DNA of 64,000 nt. Origin: Sarcophilus harrisii (lineage: Eukaryota). The notes under the pieces are model-generated. The model did not search any database, was not told the origin of the DNA, and worked only from the letters and a program-made list of their open reading frames with translations. Location of the stretch: assembly GCA_048593225.1 (NCBI GenBank), contig CM109175.1, positions 261,415,655 to 261,479,654 on the forward strand. Reading direction: 5' to 3'. Shown here piece after piece: positions 23,900 to 37,300 of the stretch (the stretch's first letter is position 1; each line of letters starts with the position of its first letter). Made by a program: the position numbers and the translations under genes.

Positions 23900-24646
23900 C
23901 GCTGCAGCCCCCTCTTAGTCAGAGCAGGGCTCACCTCCCTCTACTCGCCTTTCCATCACGCTCACTATCCGCGGCTCAGACAGCTTTCCTGGGTTATTCG
24001 CGTTCTTCCTCCTTCAATGCTCGAGCTGTCATAGACTTTTTAATGTTCAGCTCCCCTATCTACAAGTGGGAGAGAGGTCATCCGGGGACTGGGCTCTAGG
24101 GATTGGGTGTCCGAGTCCAGGCAGCCGCAACCTCAGCCCCTTACCCGACTATAATTAGCTCACTAGGGCGACAGGCCAGGGTGGCCCCATAAGTCCCCTC
24201 TCCCTGGGGCTCAGAGACAAAGCCCAGCACCTAGGTGAGGAGGGTGGGGGAGCTTGTGAAGGTGACCGGCTATAGAAACTAACGTCACCATCTCAGTTCG
24301 GCAAGGGAGAGGGCAATAGTGGGACAAACACTAGACCAGGAAGGGTCCCTATAATCTCTGCCTCCTTGAGGCTCCGAATCTATCTCCTGTTTGCTGCGAG
24401 ATAGCCCGGCTCCCCCAGAAGGCTGAGAAAAGGGAACTGTCTTTGAGGGGGGTTGGGAAGGCTGGAGGTTTATGTGGCAGAACGCCTGAAGTACAGGTTT
24501 GGCACTTCTCGGACTTGATGAGTGATGAAAGGGGATAGAGGTGCATTTTATCTACGTTCGCGGGCAGAGCAGTAAAAACTCAAGTTTTGACAGGTGCCTA
24601 ATTTCGCCCCTCTCCCAATTTTTCTCAGACCAACCCAGCTCTGGCC
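23900..24646 (+). promoter_or_regulatory. KLHL33: CpG-rich promoter / 5' region of KLHL33
   Basis: GC/CpG-rich block (…ccgcggctcagacagc…gcgttcttcc…cgagctg…) ending at the KLHL33 ATG (24647). Its exact TSS is not determinable. Confidence 0.4.
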
Positions 24647-25376
24647 ATGAGTTCCCCAGGCACCGTGATCTGCAACGAAGATGAGGGGCTACTTTCCCCT
24701 CAGTTCCGGAAGGACTACCCCAGCCTCTCTTTACCAACTCAGCAAAGCCCCACCTGGCCTTCCTCCCCAGACGAAGACTCGGGTCTGCTCCCCTTCCCTC
24801 TGGGACAACCCAGTCACCGGACCTCCCATCTTGGAGATCTTCCTTCTCCTTCCTTGTCCCTGGAGGAAGATGAAGAAGGGGAAACTGAGGCGCTAGTGAG
24901 TGAGGAGCACCCAGGCCAGTTCTTTGCAGAAGCTCGACGGCTTCGGGACTTAAGCCTGCTGCTAGATTTAGAGGTAATAGTGCAGGGTCGAAGGTACGCG
25001 GTGCATGGGGTGGTCTTGGCTTCAGTCAGCAGCCTCTTTCGCTCCTGGCTGCTGGGCAATGGGGACCCAAGACCCCCCATACAGCTGGACGTAGCACCCC
25101 AGGGTTGGGAGGCAGTGCTGACCTTCGCCTACGAGGGGGTGGTGGGTCCCGCCGCTTTGGGCGATGTGATAGCGGCAGCGGAGCTACTGGGAGCCCCTCG
25201 GGTAGCAGCAGCTGCTGTAAGGAGACTGGAAGGGGACCGAAACCAAGGAGACAAGGAGCAAGAGGGACTGGATAAAGCTAAGGAGTTGAGAGAGAATCTG
25301 AGCATCATGGAGCAGCTCTACCGTGAGGGTGTTGGCTGTGACCTGGAGCTGAAAGCAGAGGGCTGCCACCTGAAGG
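24647..25376 (+). CDS. KLHL33: KLHL33 coding exon A (243 codons + 1 nt): N-terminal region plus a complete BTB/POZ domain (…DLEVIVQGRRYAVHGVVLASVSSLFRSWLL…IQLDVAPQGWEAVLTFAYEGVV…) and the start of a second BTB (GCDLELKAEGCHLK)
   Basis: 254-aa ORF starting with ATG in the CpG island. Donor AAG G|gtaagc. Spliced in frame to exon B. Confidence 0.75.
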
Positions 25377-26190
25377 GTAAGCACCTGGACAGAAGAGAGG
25401 GAGGTGGATGAGGAAGAATCGATGGGAAGCAAGGGCAGATACCGACAGGATTCTGCGCATTCACTAAACTAAAAGCATTAAGATGGAACTTGGATGCAAA
25501 AGAACTGAAGGGTATATATAGGCTCTTACTTCCTTGGGTTCTCCATATATCAAGGATTTACTGTCAAACAGAACATGAGCTTTGAGTTGTTTTTCCCATA
25601 GTGGTGATAGATTTACACTGACCATGCACTCTTTCTATCTCTGTCCTCTCTTGAGATAAACAACATTCATATACAGGACAGCTGGCTGGAGTTAGTAGTA
25701 CAATCTGTGACAGTAAATACAAGCAGCAGCCAATTGGGGCAAAGAAGGATAAACCTAAGACGTTGGCCTGTTGGTCGGGCCATGCTCTGGTGCCACACAT
25801 TACTAGTGGAAGGAATGATGTGGAAAAATGATTATCAATTAACACTTATGCTTGTCACCCATTGGCTTGAAGACTTGGATCTTCTACAGGTGCTAAACAG
25901 GATTTCTTGCTCAGAACTCAGTTTAATGTGATCTCAAAGCTCCTCTTTCCAAAATCTGGTTTTCAAGATCATATCCTTTCTGACACATTCCTTATCATTA
26001 GTGGAGCCAGTAGCAAAATAGGTAAAATATTAGTTAATTTTGTCTATGCATCCAGGGGATGAGGAATGCTGCTGAAACTGGTCTGATGTGACTTATCCTA
26101 GTGGCAGACGTCAAAAACCCAGCCATCTCAAGGGCTGGATCTTTCAATTTTATCTTTGGCCACTAATGCTTGGTACAGATACTAAATGAC

Positions 26191-26273
26191 CAAAAAACAA
26201 AACAACACAAAAAAAAAAAAACAAAAAACAAAAAACAAAACAAAACAAAACAAAAAAAAAAACAAAACAAAAC
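26191..26273. repeat. (CAAAA)n / A-rich microsatellite
   Basis: caaaaaacaaaacaacacaaaaaaaaaaaaacaaaaaacaaaaaacaaaacaaaacaaaacaaaaaaaaaaacaaaacaaaac. Confidence 0.9.
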
Positions 26274-26647
26274 CCTGGTGCCAGCATCCAGAATAATAGA
26301 ACTGAGGGTAGAAGGGGGTCTTAGACATCATCTAGTTCACTCTTGTTTTTCAAGTAAGAAAACAGAGGGTTTTAGAGGAAAGTCACTTGGGTGCTTAGGA
26401 TTACACAAAGAATTAGTAGCAGAACCAAGGTAAACCATAAACTCAGGTTTTCTGAGGTTCATTCTGCCACTCTTTGTTATTCTACATTGTCTTCAGAAGA
26501 AAGTTCCAGTTGAGGCACATTTGTGTGGCAGAGTGGTATATAAAACAATCATGTTTACAATCCAATTCAGTAAGTAAGTGCCCAACATATGTGAGCCTAG
26601 GCAGCTAGTTGTGAAGAATTTATCAATCACCTTACTATATTCCATGC

Positions 26648-26795
26648 AACTAAGTGGCACAGTGGATAAAGTTCTAGGCTTGAAATCTGGAATACCTGAC
26701 TTCAAATCTAGTCTCAGATACTTACTAGCAGTATGACTTTAGGCAAGTCACTTGCCCCGTTTGCCTCAGTTTCCTCATCTGCAAAATGAACTGAA
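26648..26795 (+). mobile_element. tRNA-derived SINE (SINE1/MIR-like) copy
   Basis: aagtggcacagtggataaagttctaggc...tgacttcaaatctagtctcagatacttactagcagtatgactttaggcaagtcacttgcc...cctcatctgcaaaatga. Confidence 0.65.
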
Positions 26796-27589
26796 GAAGA
26801 AAATGGCCAAGTACTCCAGGATCTTTGTAAAGAAAATCCCATATGGGGTCATGAAAGTTATTCACAAATGAACAACAACGAATATATAGGGTACCATACC
26901 AAGCATTAAGGGTCAGAAACAAAATGAAAGCTCGAGCCCTTGAGGTTTACTGAGATTTACTGAAGCCTATGTGGCTGTGTTCCTGGCACTTCACACAGGC
27001 ATAAGTCACATCTGACTCCCTGAAAAGTTTTAACAGCATTCCTCATGAATCCAACTGAGCAAGAAGGATTGCCAGCAATGAGGTCCTGGAATGGGACCAA
27101 CTTACTATCATTCAAGTGATGCTCACTGCAAAACAGCTTCAATGAATGCAGAAAGTACACTGGCACCCCACCCAAGATGCTGCTGTGTGTCAGACCCTGC
27201 TCTATTACTTTCTGACTTTTTGAACACGGGCATACTATTTACTTACCTAAACCTCAGTTTTTTCATCTTTAGAATGGGAGGGGAGAGAAGATGGGGGATT
27301 AGAGACACAAAATGGTCTCTAATAACTATAGCCAGGGAGGAAGTTATGGGTGGGAGTAGAGAGAGCCCATGATTGGAGTTAGGAAGATCATCTTTCAGAC
27401 ATTTAGTAACTGTGTGATCCTGGATAAGTCACAGAAACTCTCTGACTTAGAGAATGGAGATAATAACCAAGTCTATCTCCTGGGGTTATTGTGAGCTATT
27501 GATATATCTTTCTATTAGAGCACTATTCTAGAGTAGTATAAAGTTCACAAAGCATTTTCCTCACATTCCCCTTGCTATGGAAAAGGTAG

Positions 27590-27760
27590 TGGAATACAGT
27601 AGCATGCCTATTTTTTTAAAAAAGAGGAGACTGAATCTAGGGGAGGGGGTGGGGGGAAGGAGGGGAAAGTTGGAGCAGAAAGTTTTGCAAGGGTCAATGC
27701 TGAAAAATTACCCATGCATATGTCTTGTAAATAAAAAGCTATAATAAAAAAAAGGAGGAG
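27590..27760 (+). mobile_element. L1 3'UTR tail (…gaaagttggagcagaaagttttgcaagggtcaatgctgaaaaattacccatgcatatgtcttgtaaataaaaagctataataaaaaaaa)
   Basis: Same ~110 bp 3'-terminal consensus occurs at 34270-34385, 40075-40210 and 60265-60395, each ending in AATAAA/A-run. Confidence 0.6.
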
Positions 27761-28815
27761 GACATTAAATAATTTGACCACGATTACACAGCTAGTAAGT
27801 GTTGGAGATGTCATTCAAATCAGGTTTTCTTCTAACTCAGTCTAACTGCCCTACTGTATGAATTGGTCCCATTCTAGTCTATGATTGGTCAGGCAGATGG
27901 AAGAAATACCATTGGGAAGGAGAGTCAGTGTGTGATAGTACAAAGAATTATATTTGGAATCAAGGGCCTGAAGTCTATTTCCACTCTTGCCCCTTGAGAT
28001 CACTTAGTTTTCTCTCATCATCTCATCATCATTATCTGTCCTACCCACTTCTCACTGATGTTATGAGGTCCCTAGGAGGTAAGGTAGTTGAAAGCACTTC
28101 CAAAGCAAAAGGTGCTTTCTATAAAAAGGATTCTGTATAATTAGGCTGAACCAAGCAGAGGTTCAAGCCATGTTAACTAAATCTAGGCTTCTGAGTGACA
28201 ACTTGTTAAATAAAGATTTGATTGCAAAACTGAGTCAGTAATGCAAATAGTAAAATAGCAAGAGGCACAGGGATGATAGCAGCATCTGTTGTCAAGCAAA
28301 AAGTAATCTTCACAGGTACAAGGTATGAGCAGGGCTATTGACTGTATCCTTGTCTTTGAAGCACATCTATCTGCCCTTATAGCATTGTCAGTGAGAAACT
28401 AGATTAGGAATAAAAAAAGAATAGTGTTCTGTTCCAGGTGACAGCTTAGGGCCCAGTGGTTCTCAAACCTTTGTTCTCAGTATCTTCATGTTAAAAAACT
28501 ATAGGGGATCTGTTCAAAGAGTTTTTGTTCACATGGGTTATGTTTATAGCTATTTACTATATTAGAAATAAAAAATAATTTTGAATTTGTAGACCCTCTG
28601 AAAGGGTTTCAGAGACCCCAACAATTTCTTTGGACTGCACTTTGAGGGCCACTCACTGGCTTAGGCTCTTTAGTTAGACTGGAATATGGGGAGTTCTATA
28701 ATCTATAGTAGACAGTATCAGAGGTGGGCATTAAAAATAGGAAGAGCTGTCGGGCCTGTTGGGAGCCTGGTATCTGTTCTGACTCCATGTCCTCCCACAT
28801 TTCCTGTACCCACAG

Positions 28816-29740
28816 TGCACCGTGTGGCTCTAGTCTGCGGGAGTGAGTTCTTCGGGGCGATGCTCCTGAGTGGGATGAGGGAATCTCAGGGCTCAGCTGT
28901 CACACTACGTACAGTCTCAGCCCCCGAACTGCAGCTCCTCGTCTCCTTTGCCTACTCAGGGGCGCTGCAAACAAACTGGCCAGGGCTGCTGAGGGCCACC
29001 CTGACTGCCCTGCAGTACCAAAGCGGCTCCTGCTTGGCCTTATGCCAGAGAGCCCTGGCCCGAGGCCTTAGCCCAGTCCGATGCTTGGCCTTGCTTCCCG
29101 TGGCTGAAGCCCCAGGCCTGGAGAGACTTTGGGACAAAGTGCATCACTACCTCCTCAACCATCTGCCCGCGGTGGCGGCCTGCCCTACCTTCCCAGACCT
29201 GCCTCCTCCCTTCCTGGCCAGCCTCCTGGCCAGCGATGAGCTGCATCTAGAGGAAGAATTCGAGGCTTTCCAGGCGGTGTGGCACTGGTTGGCAGCAGAT
29301 CCCCTTGGCAGAGAGCCTGAAGCGGAGACTCTACTGCGCTGCGTCCGCTTTGGTCGCATGTCCACGCGGGAACTGCGGCGAGTGAGAGCTGCCGGACTGC
29401 CCCCACCGCTGCCCCCCTCCCTGCTACACCAGATCCTGGTGGCGGCCGAGGTGCCGGGCCGAGAAAGGCGGCGGGAGCCTGAGCGGGCCCTGGTGGTGAT
29501 CGGTGGAGACGGGCTCACGGCAGACTTGGCTCAGAGCCAGCCGTCCCGAGGGGTGTGGTGGGCGCGCGCCTTCTGCAGTGGCGTGGGGCTGGTGCACACA
29601 GTGGAGTGGGGGAGGCTGCCCACCCTGCCCCCTCCGGGGCGCTTCCGGCACGGCGCTGCCAGTCTCACTGGGAGCGAGCTGTACGTGTGCGGAGGGCAGC
29701 ACTACTACAGCCACTCAGACACCCTGACCTCAGTGCTCAG
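28816..29740 (+). CDS. KLHL33: KLHL33 coding exon B: second BTB (VHRVALVCGSEFFGAMLLSGMRESQGSAVTLRTVSAPELQLLVSFAYSGAL…), BACK domain, and first kelch repeats (…ALVVIGGDG…LYVCGGQHYY…)
   Basis: Acceptor gtacccacag|TG and donor CTC AG|gtaggg (the ORF's TAG is the intron's gtAG). 307 codons in frame. Confidence 0.8.
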
Positions 29741-30108
29741 GTAGGGGAGAGAGGGGACAGTGGGGGCAGAGAGAGATCAGACTAGCCTTTGTCGCTGGGT
29801 GCCCCACTCTTCTTCGGGGGCTACTTCGACCAGGTGAATCTTTGTGGCAGTAGCCAGAGCTCCCCAAAGTTCTCTTTCGCCCAGCCTTACTTCTCTGGCA
29901 AGGGATTGCGGAGGGAGGGCTTTGGGGGTGAGGTGGAAAGCAACGAAATACTACTAGTCTGGTGGGTGCCAGAGCTGGAGAGCAGAACTCACGGAGGGAG
30001 GCCAGATAGCACTGCTGGAGGGCACAAGGGAGGAAGATGTGCAGATTCAGGAGTACTCCCAAGCACCAGGTAACTCTGCCCGTCTCTCTTTCCTATATGT
30101 GTTCATAG

Positions 30109-30276
30109 GTGGGCACCTGGCCAAAGTAATTGGGAAGAGTTGGCTCCAATGTGTCAAGCTCGGTCTTTCTTCCCACTGGTGGCTCACGATGGACATCTTT
30201 ATGCGTTGGGTGGGAGAGACAACGGGGCTGCCTTGGATTCGGTGGAAGCCTATGATCCCAAGCTTGATGCTTGGAG
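30109..30276 (+). CDS. KLHL33: KLHL33 coding exon C: (R)WAPGQSNWEELAPMCQARSFFPLVAHDGHLYALGGRDNGAALDSVEAYDPKLDAW(R), a kelch repeat
   Basis: Acceptor gttcatag|G and donor AG|gtgagc. Classic kelch motif (HDGHLYALGG…VEAYDP…W). Confidence 0.8.
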
Positions 30277-30748
30277 GTGAGCAAAAGAAAGATCAGTCAA
30301 CTGGTAGACCTTTATTAAGTGCTAATTAGGTGCTAGAGAAAATAGTGATGGAGAGGAACCAGGTTTCTCCTAAAACTATAGCAACTACTTTCCCTTAAAA
30401 AAAAAAACAACCTTTTATTACTTTAGCAGGAATCTGTCCTTTCAGCCAATTCTTAGACTCACAGAATCTCAGGGTTATAGATCTCAGAGATTATCTAGTC
30501 CATTCCCTTCCTGACCAAGAATCTTCTTGTTTCATTACTTGTGCCCTCTGTCTCTGTTAGGGATAACGGGATACTCAGATCCACATCTGTATCATGATGC
30601 CCACATTTAACTGGCCCAAGATGTTCAGTGTCATGAAGGGGTTGGAGTGATCTGGAGTTAGACAGGGAAAGGAGGCCCAGCTATAAGAAGGAAGTTAAGG
30701 ATGTCAGCTGCCCTTCTCTGCTGAGACAGTCCTTTGTTCTTCCTACAG

Positions 30749-31253
30749 GTCAGCACCACCCCTCCCCACACCCTGCTTTGCCCACGCTGCCTCTGTGTTG
30801 GATGGTCAGGTCTATGTGAGTGGAGGCTGCAATGAGTTTGGTCAATATCTGGCCTCCCTCTTTAACTACAACCCTACTCGCAAGCCGTCATGGGTCCTGC
30901 TGAATCCTATGAAGACCCCTCGGGCTAGCCATGTCATGGTAGCCCTGGGTGGACGACTCTATGTAGCAGGAGGTTTGGGTGAGGCCGGAGACCTGCTTAG
31001 TTTTGAAGCATATGAGCCCAGGACTGACACCTGGATGAGCTTGGAACCCTTGCCCTCTCCCCATGTGGGAGCTGCTGGAGTCTCTCTTCAAGGGGAGATC
31101 CTAGTTTTGGGGGGCTATAGTCACCAAACATATGCTCTCTCCCACTTCATTCATGCATACTGCCCCGGCCTAGGCCGCTGGCTTTGCCTGGGAACCTTGC
31201 CCCGACCCCGAGCTGAGATGTCTGCCTGTGTCCTTCAGCTATCTCCTGTATAG
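30749..31253 (+). CDS. KLHL33: KLHL33 terminal coding exon: (R)SAPPLPTPCFAHAASVLDGQVYVSGGCNEF…LGGRLYVAGG…GEILVLGGYSH…CVLQLSPV* (kelch repeats 4-6)
   Basis: Acceptor tcctacag|G in phase with exon C. TAG at 31251-31253. Possible AATAAA at 31572-31577. Confidence 0.8.
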
Positions 31254-33109
31254 CTGCAAACTCCAGGAGCTGATTTAGCTCAGACTTAACTCCTTAGTCA
31301 GGCAGAAAAAGGAGGAGGAGAAAAAGATGGAGAATCAGGATGTGCAGATTGAGGATATGGGCAAGAGGGAAAGAAGCACTTGAGGGAAAAATAGATCATA
31401 TGATGGGGGAAAGCTTTACAGAAGGTTTTCTTCATTTTGTGTGCTAGGGACTCCTTTGGCAGTCTGTGACATCCAAGGACCACTTCTCAGGATGATATTT
31501 TTAAACTTTGTGCACAATATAAACTATATAAGAATACAAAAGAAACTAATTATACTGAAGTACAGTAGGAAAATAAAGTTAGGGGGAAAAAACTTTGTTC
31601 AACTCCATCCAAGGCTTATGGATCTAAAGGTAGACCTATGCATGGCACAGGCCATGGCACCCTATCATCCTAGGATTTAGAATGGAAGCAGAGCTTAGAA
31701 ACTGTCATTTTATGGATAAAGGAACCAAGGTCCAAAATTTTAAGGGAGCTGTGCAGATAAACACAAACAATAAATCTAAGTTATGGAAAGATCATGGAAA
31801 GAAATGGGAAGCAAGGAAAATTTGATAAAAGTTTTAAAAGGTCTAAAAGACCTTTTCTTCCTCGCTTATCTCTTTTACCTTGTTAAATAATATTTTTTTC
31901 CCCACTGCCATGCTCCAAAGTGTCTGAACTCTCCTGACCAGACCATTTCCCTCCTTAAATAGCCCCTTAGAATAAGCTTGGCTTTTTTATATCTCAATCA
32001 TCACATCTACCTTTGGGGAACTTCTAGGTTCCAACAAAATTGAAGGCTCAAGCAAAGAAGCCCTTGACTAGAGTTGTAAGAAGTGAGGAAATGCAGTAGA
32101 TAAAGTGCCAGATTGGGAACTGGGACAACCAGGATTCCAATCCTGCCTCTGATACTTAAGTAGCTATTTGATTGAGCAAAATCATTAAATATTTCCCATT
32201 CATTTTTCTCATTTATAAAAGGAGAGAACCTCTAAGGTCCCTTCTGGCTCTCAGTCTATGATTTTATGATTTAGGTAGGAATTAACTTCAGGAAAGCTGC
32301 TGATAGAAGCAGATGTGTGTATATATGTGTGGATGGACAGGGTTGTTTTTGGTGAAGGGAAAGGGCAGGTGAAACAGAGATGGATTTAAAAGAGTCTATA
32401 CTGGAAGGGGTTATGATTTAGGGGATAGCAAGTGAACTAGGGAACTTCACTGCCTGGATCTCTCCTTACCCAGCATCCCCAGGATAGATTGTGAGGTGAG
32501 TGAAAAGAAACATTTTTTTTACTTTTAGACTGTCCAGTTGAGGAAGAGGTGAATAGAAGGATAATTTGAACACCATGAGAACTGGACAAGAGATCCCCTA
32601 TTCCCTTTACTCCTTTTCCCTGGGATTTTCCTGACCCATCTATTTTTTTCTGAATGGGGAAGGGGAATAGGGGCACAGATACACTGTGTTTGGGGAATTT
32701 TTGATATTCATTTAGTAAAAGACAAATAGCTATTTCAAAGATATTCCAGGGATATACCTATATTTTATTTTTAAAATTCTGAACTTAAGAAATAAAACAA
32801 GCATTTCCATAACAAAGCAGAATATAAAAAGAAGACTATATAAAAAGAATATAAAAAGAAACTGCAAATCCATTATGTACAATGTTCTCTTCCTTTTAAA
32901 TAAAATAGTCATGTAACTTTCAAAGACATCCTGTTTGTGTTTCCCTTTTTCCTTCTATTCTATTTGAGAAATTTAAAAAAATGCTTTAATAACCCCTTTT
33001 TTCTCTCTCTATCCCTCTCTATCCCTCTATCCCCACCTTCCCACTGAAAAAGAAAAGCACAATGCAACCAATTGAAAAAATGCTGAAGTTCAGGTTCAAG
33101 GTCAAATCT

Positions 33110-33236
33110 TGGAGGAACTCCGGAGGTAGTGGATAGAGCACCAACCCTGAATTTAGAAGCTCAAAGCCAGCCTCAAGCACTTAACACTTTTAGTTGTATG
33201 ACTCTGGGCAAATTACTTAACCTCCAATTGCCTCAA
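33110..33236 (+). mobile_element. tRNA-derived SINE copy followed by (CAAA)n
   Basis: ggaggtagtggatagagcaccaaccctgaatttagaagctcaaagccagcctcaagcacttaacacttttagttgtatgactctgggcaaattacttaacc. Confidence 0.6.
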
Positions 33237-34269
33237 ACAAACAAACAAACAAACTAAAATGTCAAATCTTGAGGGGATTTTAGGTGTCATTCTTTAAAAA
33301 ATGAGTGTTGAACAAATAAAGTCTCTTAGGGAGAATATAGAGAGATAAGAGCGGATAGGGTTGAAGAAAAAAACTTTTGGGAAACCCACAGGTGAAGAGA
33401 AGAAGGAAGAGAAGCCTGAAAACAAGCAGTTGGATGGGAAGACAACCCAGAATAACATATTGTTTCACTAAGGGAGAAGAATGTTTCTTGAAAAAGAGTA
33501 TGGTTAATATTGTCAAATATTAAAAGAGGCAGAAATTTCGAGAAAAGAGAAGAGACAAAAGATTTTGTATTTTATAAGTAGGAAGTTATTTATGACCTTT
33601 GAGAAAGCAATGACTTTGAGAAAGTAGTAGGGACAAATCATATTACAAGGGATTAAGGAGAAAAAAAGTGGTGAAGAGAATGGAATGAATAAAAATAAAT
33701 AGAAGACAGTTTAATACAAAGTGGGTAAGCAGGGATTACCAGGTGGGGAAGGACCGTTCATGTAGAAATGTGCTTAAGATGTTCATCTTGAAGGAATTGA
33801 AGATTCTATGAGACAGAGGTGAGGAGGGAATGATTCCAGGGATATAGGACAGCTAGTACAAAGTAAGGAGATGGGAGATGGTGCCATATGCGAGAGACAG
33901 GGAGAAGGTCATTTGGGCTCAATAACTGACTATGGGAATAGAAGCTGGAATATGATCAGATTTATGTTTAAGGAAAAATACTGTGTGGAGGATGGATTAG
34001 AAGGGAAGGTATCTGATTCAGGGAGATAATAATGATGCCATTGCAATAACCTAGTTGGGAATTGATAAGAGCCTGAACTATCAGGTAGCTAGATAGATTT
34101 TTCTGGATCTATAGTCAGACAAGAGTTCAAATCTTAACTCATAAATTTACTAGCTACTTAACTCTTAGCAAGTCAGTCTTCTTTCAGTCTCAATTTCTCA
34201 TCTGAAAAATGAGGTTTAGTAGTAGCACTCACTTCCCAGGAATATTGTAATGTTAAAATGAGAAACTAT

Positions 34270-34385
34270 TTATAACTTTACAAACCACCAATTTACAAAA
34301 ATTTGGAATACAAGGTTTTACAAGGGTGAATGTTGAAAATTATCTATGAATGTGTTTTGAAAATAAAAAGCTATATATGAACATA
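34270..34385 (+). mobile_element. L1 3'UTR tail fragment
   Basis: ttggaatacaaggttttacaagggtgaatgttgaaaattatctatgaatgtgttttgaaaataaaaagctatat. Confidence 0.5.
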
Positions 34386-37300
34386 TATATAAAGACTAAT
34401 CCATCTACCTGTCTCTTTTATACTTTCCTTCACATCTTAGCCACATTTAGCTTCCAAAACAATCATTCTCTATCATGGAGCCTTTTGTAGATCGAGGTCC
34501 TAAAGAACTGACTTTCTATGGAATATTTTATGGAAAATTTCTTTAAATGTTACCAAGGAAAACCATTGTAGTCTACAGAGATGAAATGCAATCTACATCA
34601 GTAAGCCTTCAGACTCAATCAGTTAGTTGCTGATTCCAGTACGATAGTACATTTGGATGGAGTTGGTCAGTTAATCAGTCAAAAAATATTTCTTGAGTGT
34701 TTAGTTTATTCTAGGCACTGTGTTAAGTGTTGGAGATATAATGCAAGGTAAAATACAGTTCCTGTCCTTGAGGAGCTCACAATCTAAAGGCTAGTCAAAC
34801 TCTTCCCCTCCCAGGTTGGGATACTGTGCCAAGCCTCTGATTTTATATAGCCAAATCTGATCATCTGCCTGAACAAACACCATTATATGGAGGTATAGAA
34901 GAAGCCCCCAAAGCAATTTCAGAGGTAGTGAAATTCAATCTGAAAAAAATGCCTCATTTAGCATTTGCGTAAAGAAAGGGAATCTATTCTCATTGTAGCC
35001 CATTACACTTTTGAAAGGAAGAGTTACCCAGCATCAAGCCTAAATATTCCTCTTTGTGACTTCTACCAGAAACTGAGAAATTGACTAGGGAGTTAGTTAT
35101 CTATGTGGAAATTTTGGTTGAAGCTATAAGATTTAATCAACTAGAGAAAAGTGATAACATTAATAAAGGCTTCTAAACTATAGTTTAGGAGTATGTACCT
35201 GCATACATTTTGAACCAGAATAGTTGAGTCCCAGAGGATTCAATCTGTTGGGGGTTAGGAACCTGGAGTATTAATTACACTAACCCCAAAATTTTTTTAG
35301 GGCTCTTATGCCAATGAATGGAAGAGTAGAAGGCTAAGGCAGTGATTTTATCCACAAAATCCAAACTATTTTCATATAATAATACTAAGACATTTTAATT
35401 TTAATACAGTAAATATCAATGGATATAACTTGCTGAAACTAAAGTTCTTGGCAGGTAAGGAATGATCCTCAATAATTTTTAAAAGTATGAATTTAAATCC
35501 TCAAAAACTTTAAGAACCATTAGACAAAGGAATAACAATTTTTAAATCACTTCAAGACTTTTTCTTAATCATTCCAATTCTCTGTTCCAAATTTTTGCCT
35601 TTATTATGTAAATGTAATTATCATGTACATATTACTATTACAGTAACAAGCTTAGCATCTGGCTTTAAGTCTACATTTGAATACCCCCAAGCCCATAGAC
35701 TTAATAAGTTTTTTTCTGAATTGAATTTGTTGAATACTCAGGACAGTATTGCCCAAACCACTGATTCAGCAGAATCAAATGGCGTTGAAGTCATTGGACT
35801 TAGTTCAGAAATACAAAAAATTTCATGCCTTTATTTATGGAAAAGGTCCATAGTTTCTGGAGATTGTGAGACTTGGCAAAGTCACAGATGATAGTGGCCC
35901 CCTCTCAGATAGAGATTTAAAGCATTCAAGATGTGCTTAAAGATTTATACTATTAGAATTATACAATATTTCACCTATTTTCTCCCAATCCAGTGATTTC
36001 CCCCTCTGAAACACAGTGCTTCCTCAAAATCAAACAATCAACAGGCATTTGTTCAATGTTTACTGTTATATTTTTCTGGCAATATTCTAGAGCCTGCAGT
36101 TACAGCGCTTGACCCTCTTTTGTACTTTTTTTGGTGGGATGAGCCATGTATGTCACGGATAATTTTCTTCCAAGTGGTATCTATTGGGTTTTTCTTGAAG
36201 GGTTGTAGTAGAATATAGTGGAAATAGCCCTGTACTTGGAGTCAAAAGATCTTCATCATTTGCTATTTGTGTGATCTCTCACAAATCACTACCTTTCTTT
36301 CATCTTTAGTGTTTTTTCTGTGAAATGCAGACAGTGACATTTGAACTTCTTACCTACAAGCAAAATGCTTGTAAACCATACAGCACAATAAAAATGCATC
36401 ATTTTTATAGATACTAGAAATGAAGAAGCTTTTTTTTTTTTTTTTAATTGACAGGTCTTTATACCCTGGAGGAAATCAGCTGAAGGTCACATTCAAATCA
36501 AAAGCTCAAAAAAGAGAGAATATGTTACAAACCAAATGCCCATCCAATTATAGGCTTCATTTTCCATAAAGTTCAAACTTCTAAGAGTTGGAAATTATGG
36601 CACATTCCACTGAGACTTTGAATTCCTGAGAGAGTGCTATGCAGTAAGTTTATATTATGAATAGATGACAGAAGAGGGAAGTGAAAATAGGACTGCTCAG
36701 TGGATAGAGCAAAGGCATGAGGAAAGGGAGAAAAGGAACAGACTAAGAGTGATACAACATTCAATACATGGAGTCTCAAAACATAGAGCTATCATCAGAA
36801 CCAAGATCAGAGTGGAAAAGTAGGCTTCTGGCTGAGTCAGCCAATAAGTCAATAAATTTTATTAAGCTGTAGAAGGTAAGGTAACAGAAATATAGTATTT
36901 TCCCTAGTTTACCCACAAAAAAAAATGGATTAAAAAACAGCTTTTTCTAAGAAGTATGCTGGGGAAGTAAAAAAGGGAATACATTCATTGGGGAATGATG
37001 GCTAAGCATGTATCTAGTAGTTTGGGGTTTTTTTAAGTTTCCTTTTTTCTTTCAATTAAATGGTTTTGCTCCTCTTTGCCTAGTGTATTAATATGACAAT
37101 AAATGAGTTTCTAAATCTAATTTAACCTTAAATATCACCAGTTCACAGTAGAGTGAGGACTTTAGTCATGTACAAATTAGAATGGAAAAAGTGATGCTGG
37201 TGATGGTAGGCACCAAAAGGTTGGGGTTTGGTCCTGTGAAGAATTCACAACAGCTATTCTCTTTGGCAAAAGGTAGATTTATTTAGGGAAGAGTTACAGA

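Noticed and set aside
24814-25432. Minus-strand ORFs (88 aa, 82 aa) overlapping KLHL33 exon A
   Set aside because: Antisense to the BTB-encoding frame. No homology.
28952-29785. Multiple minus- and plus-strand ORFs (61-123 aa) overlapping KLHL33 exon B
   Set aside because: Alternative frames or antisense of a GC-rich coding exon whose forward frame carries clear BTB-BACK-kelch homology.
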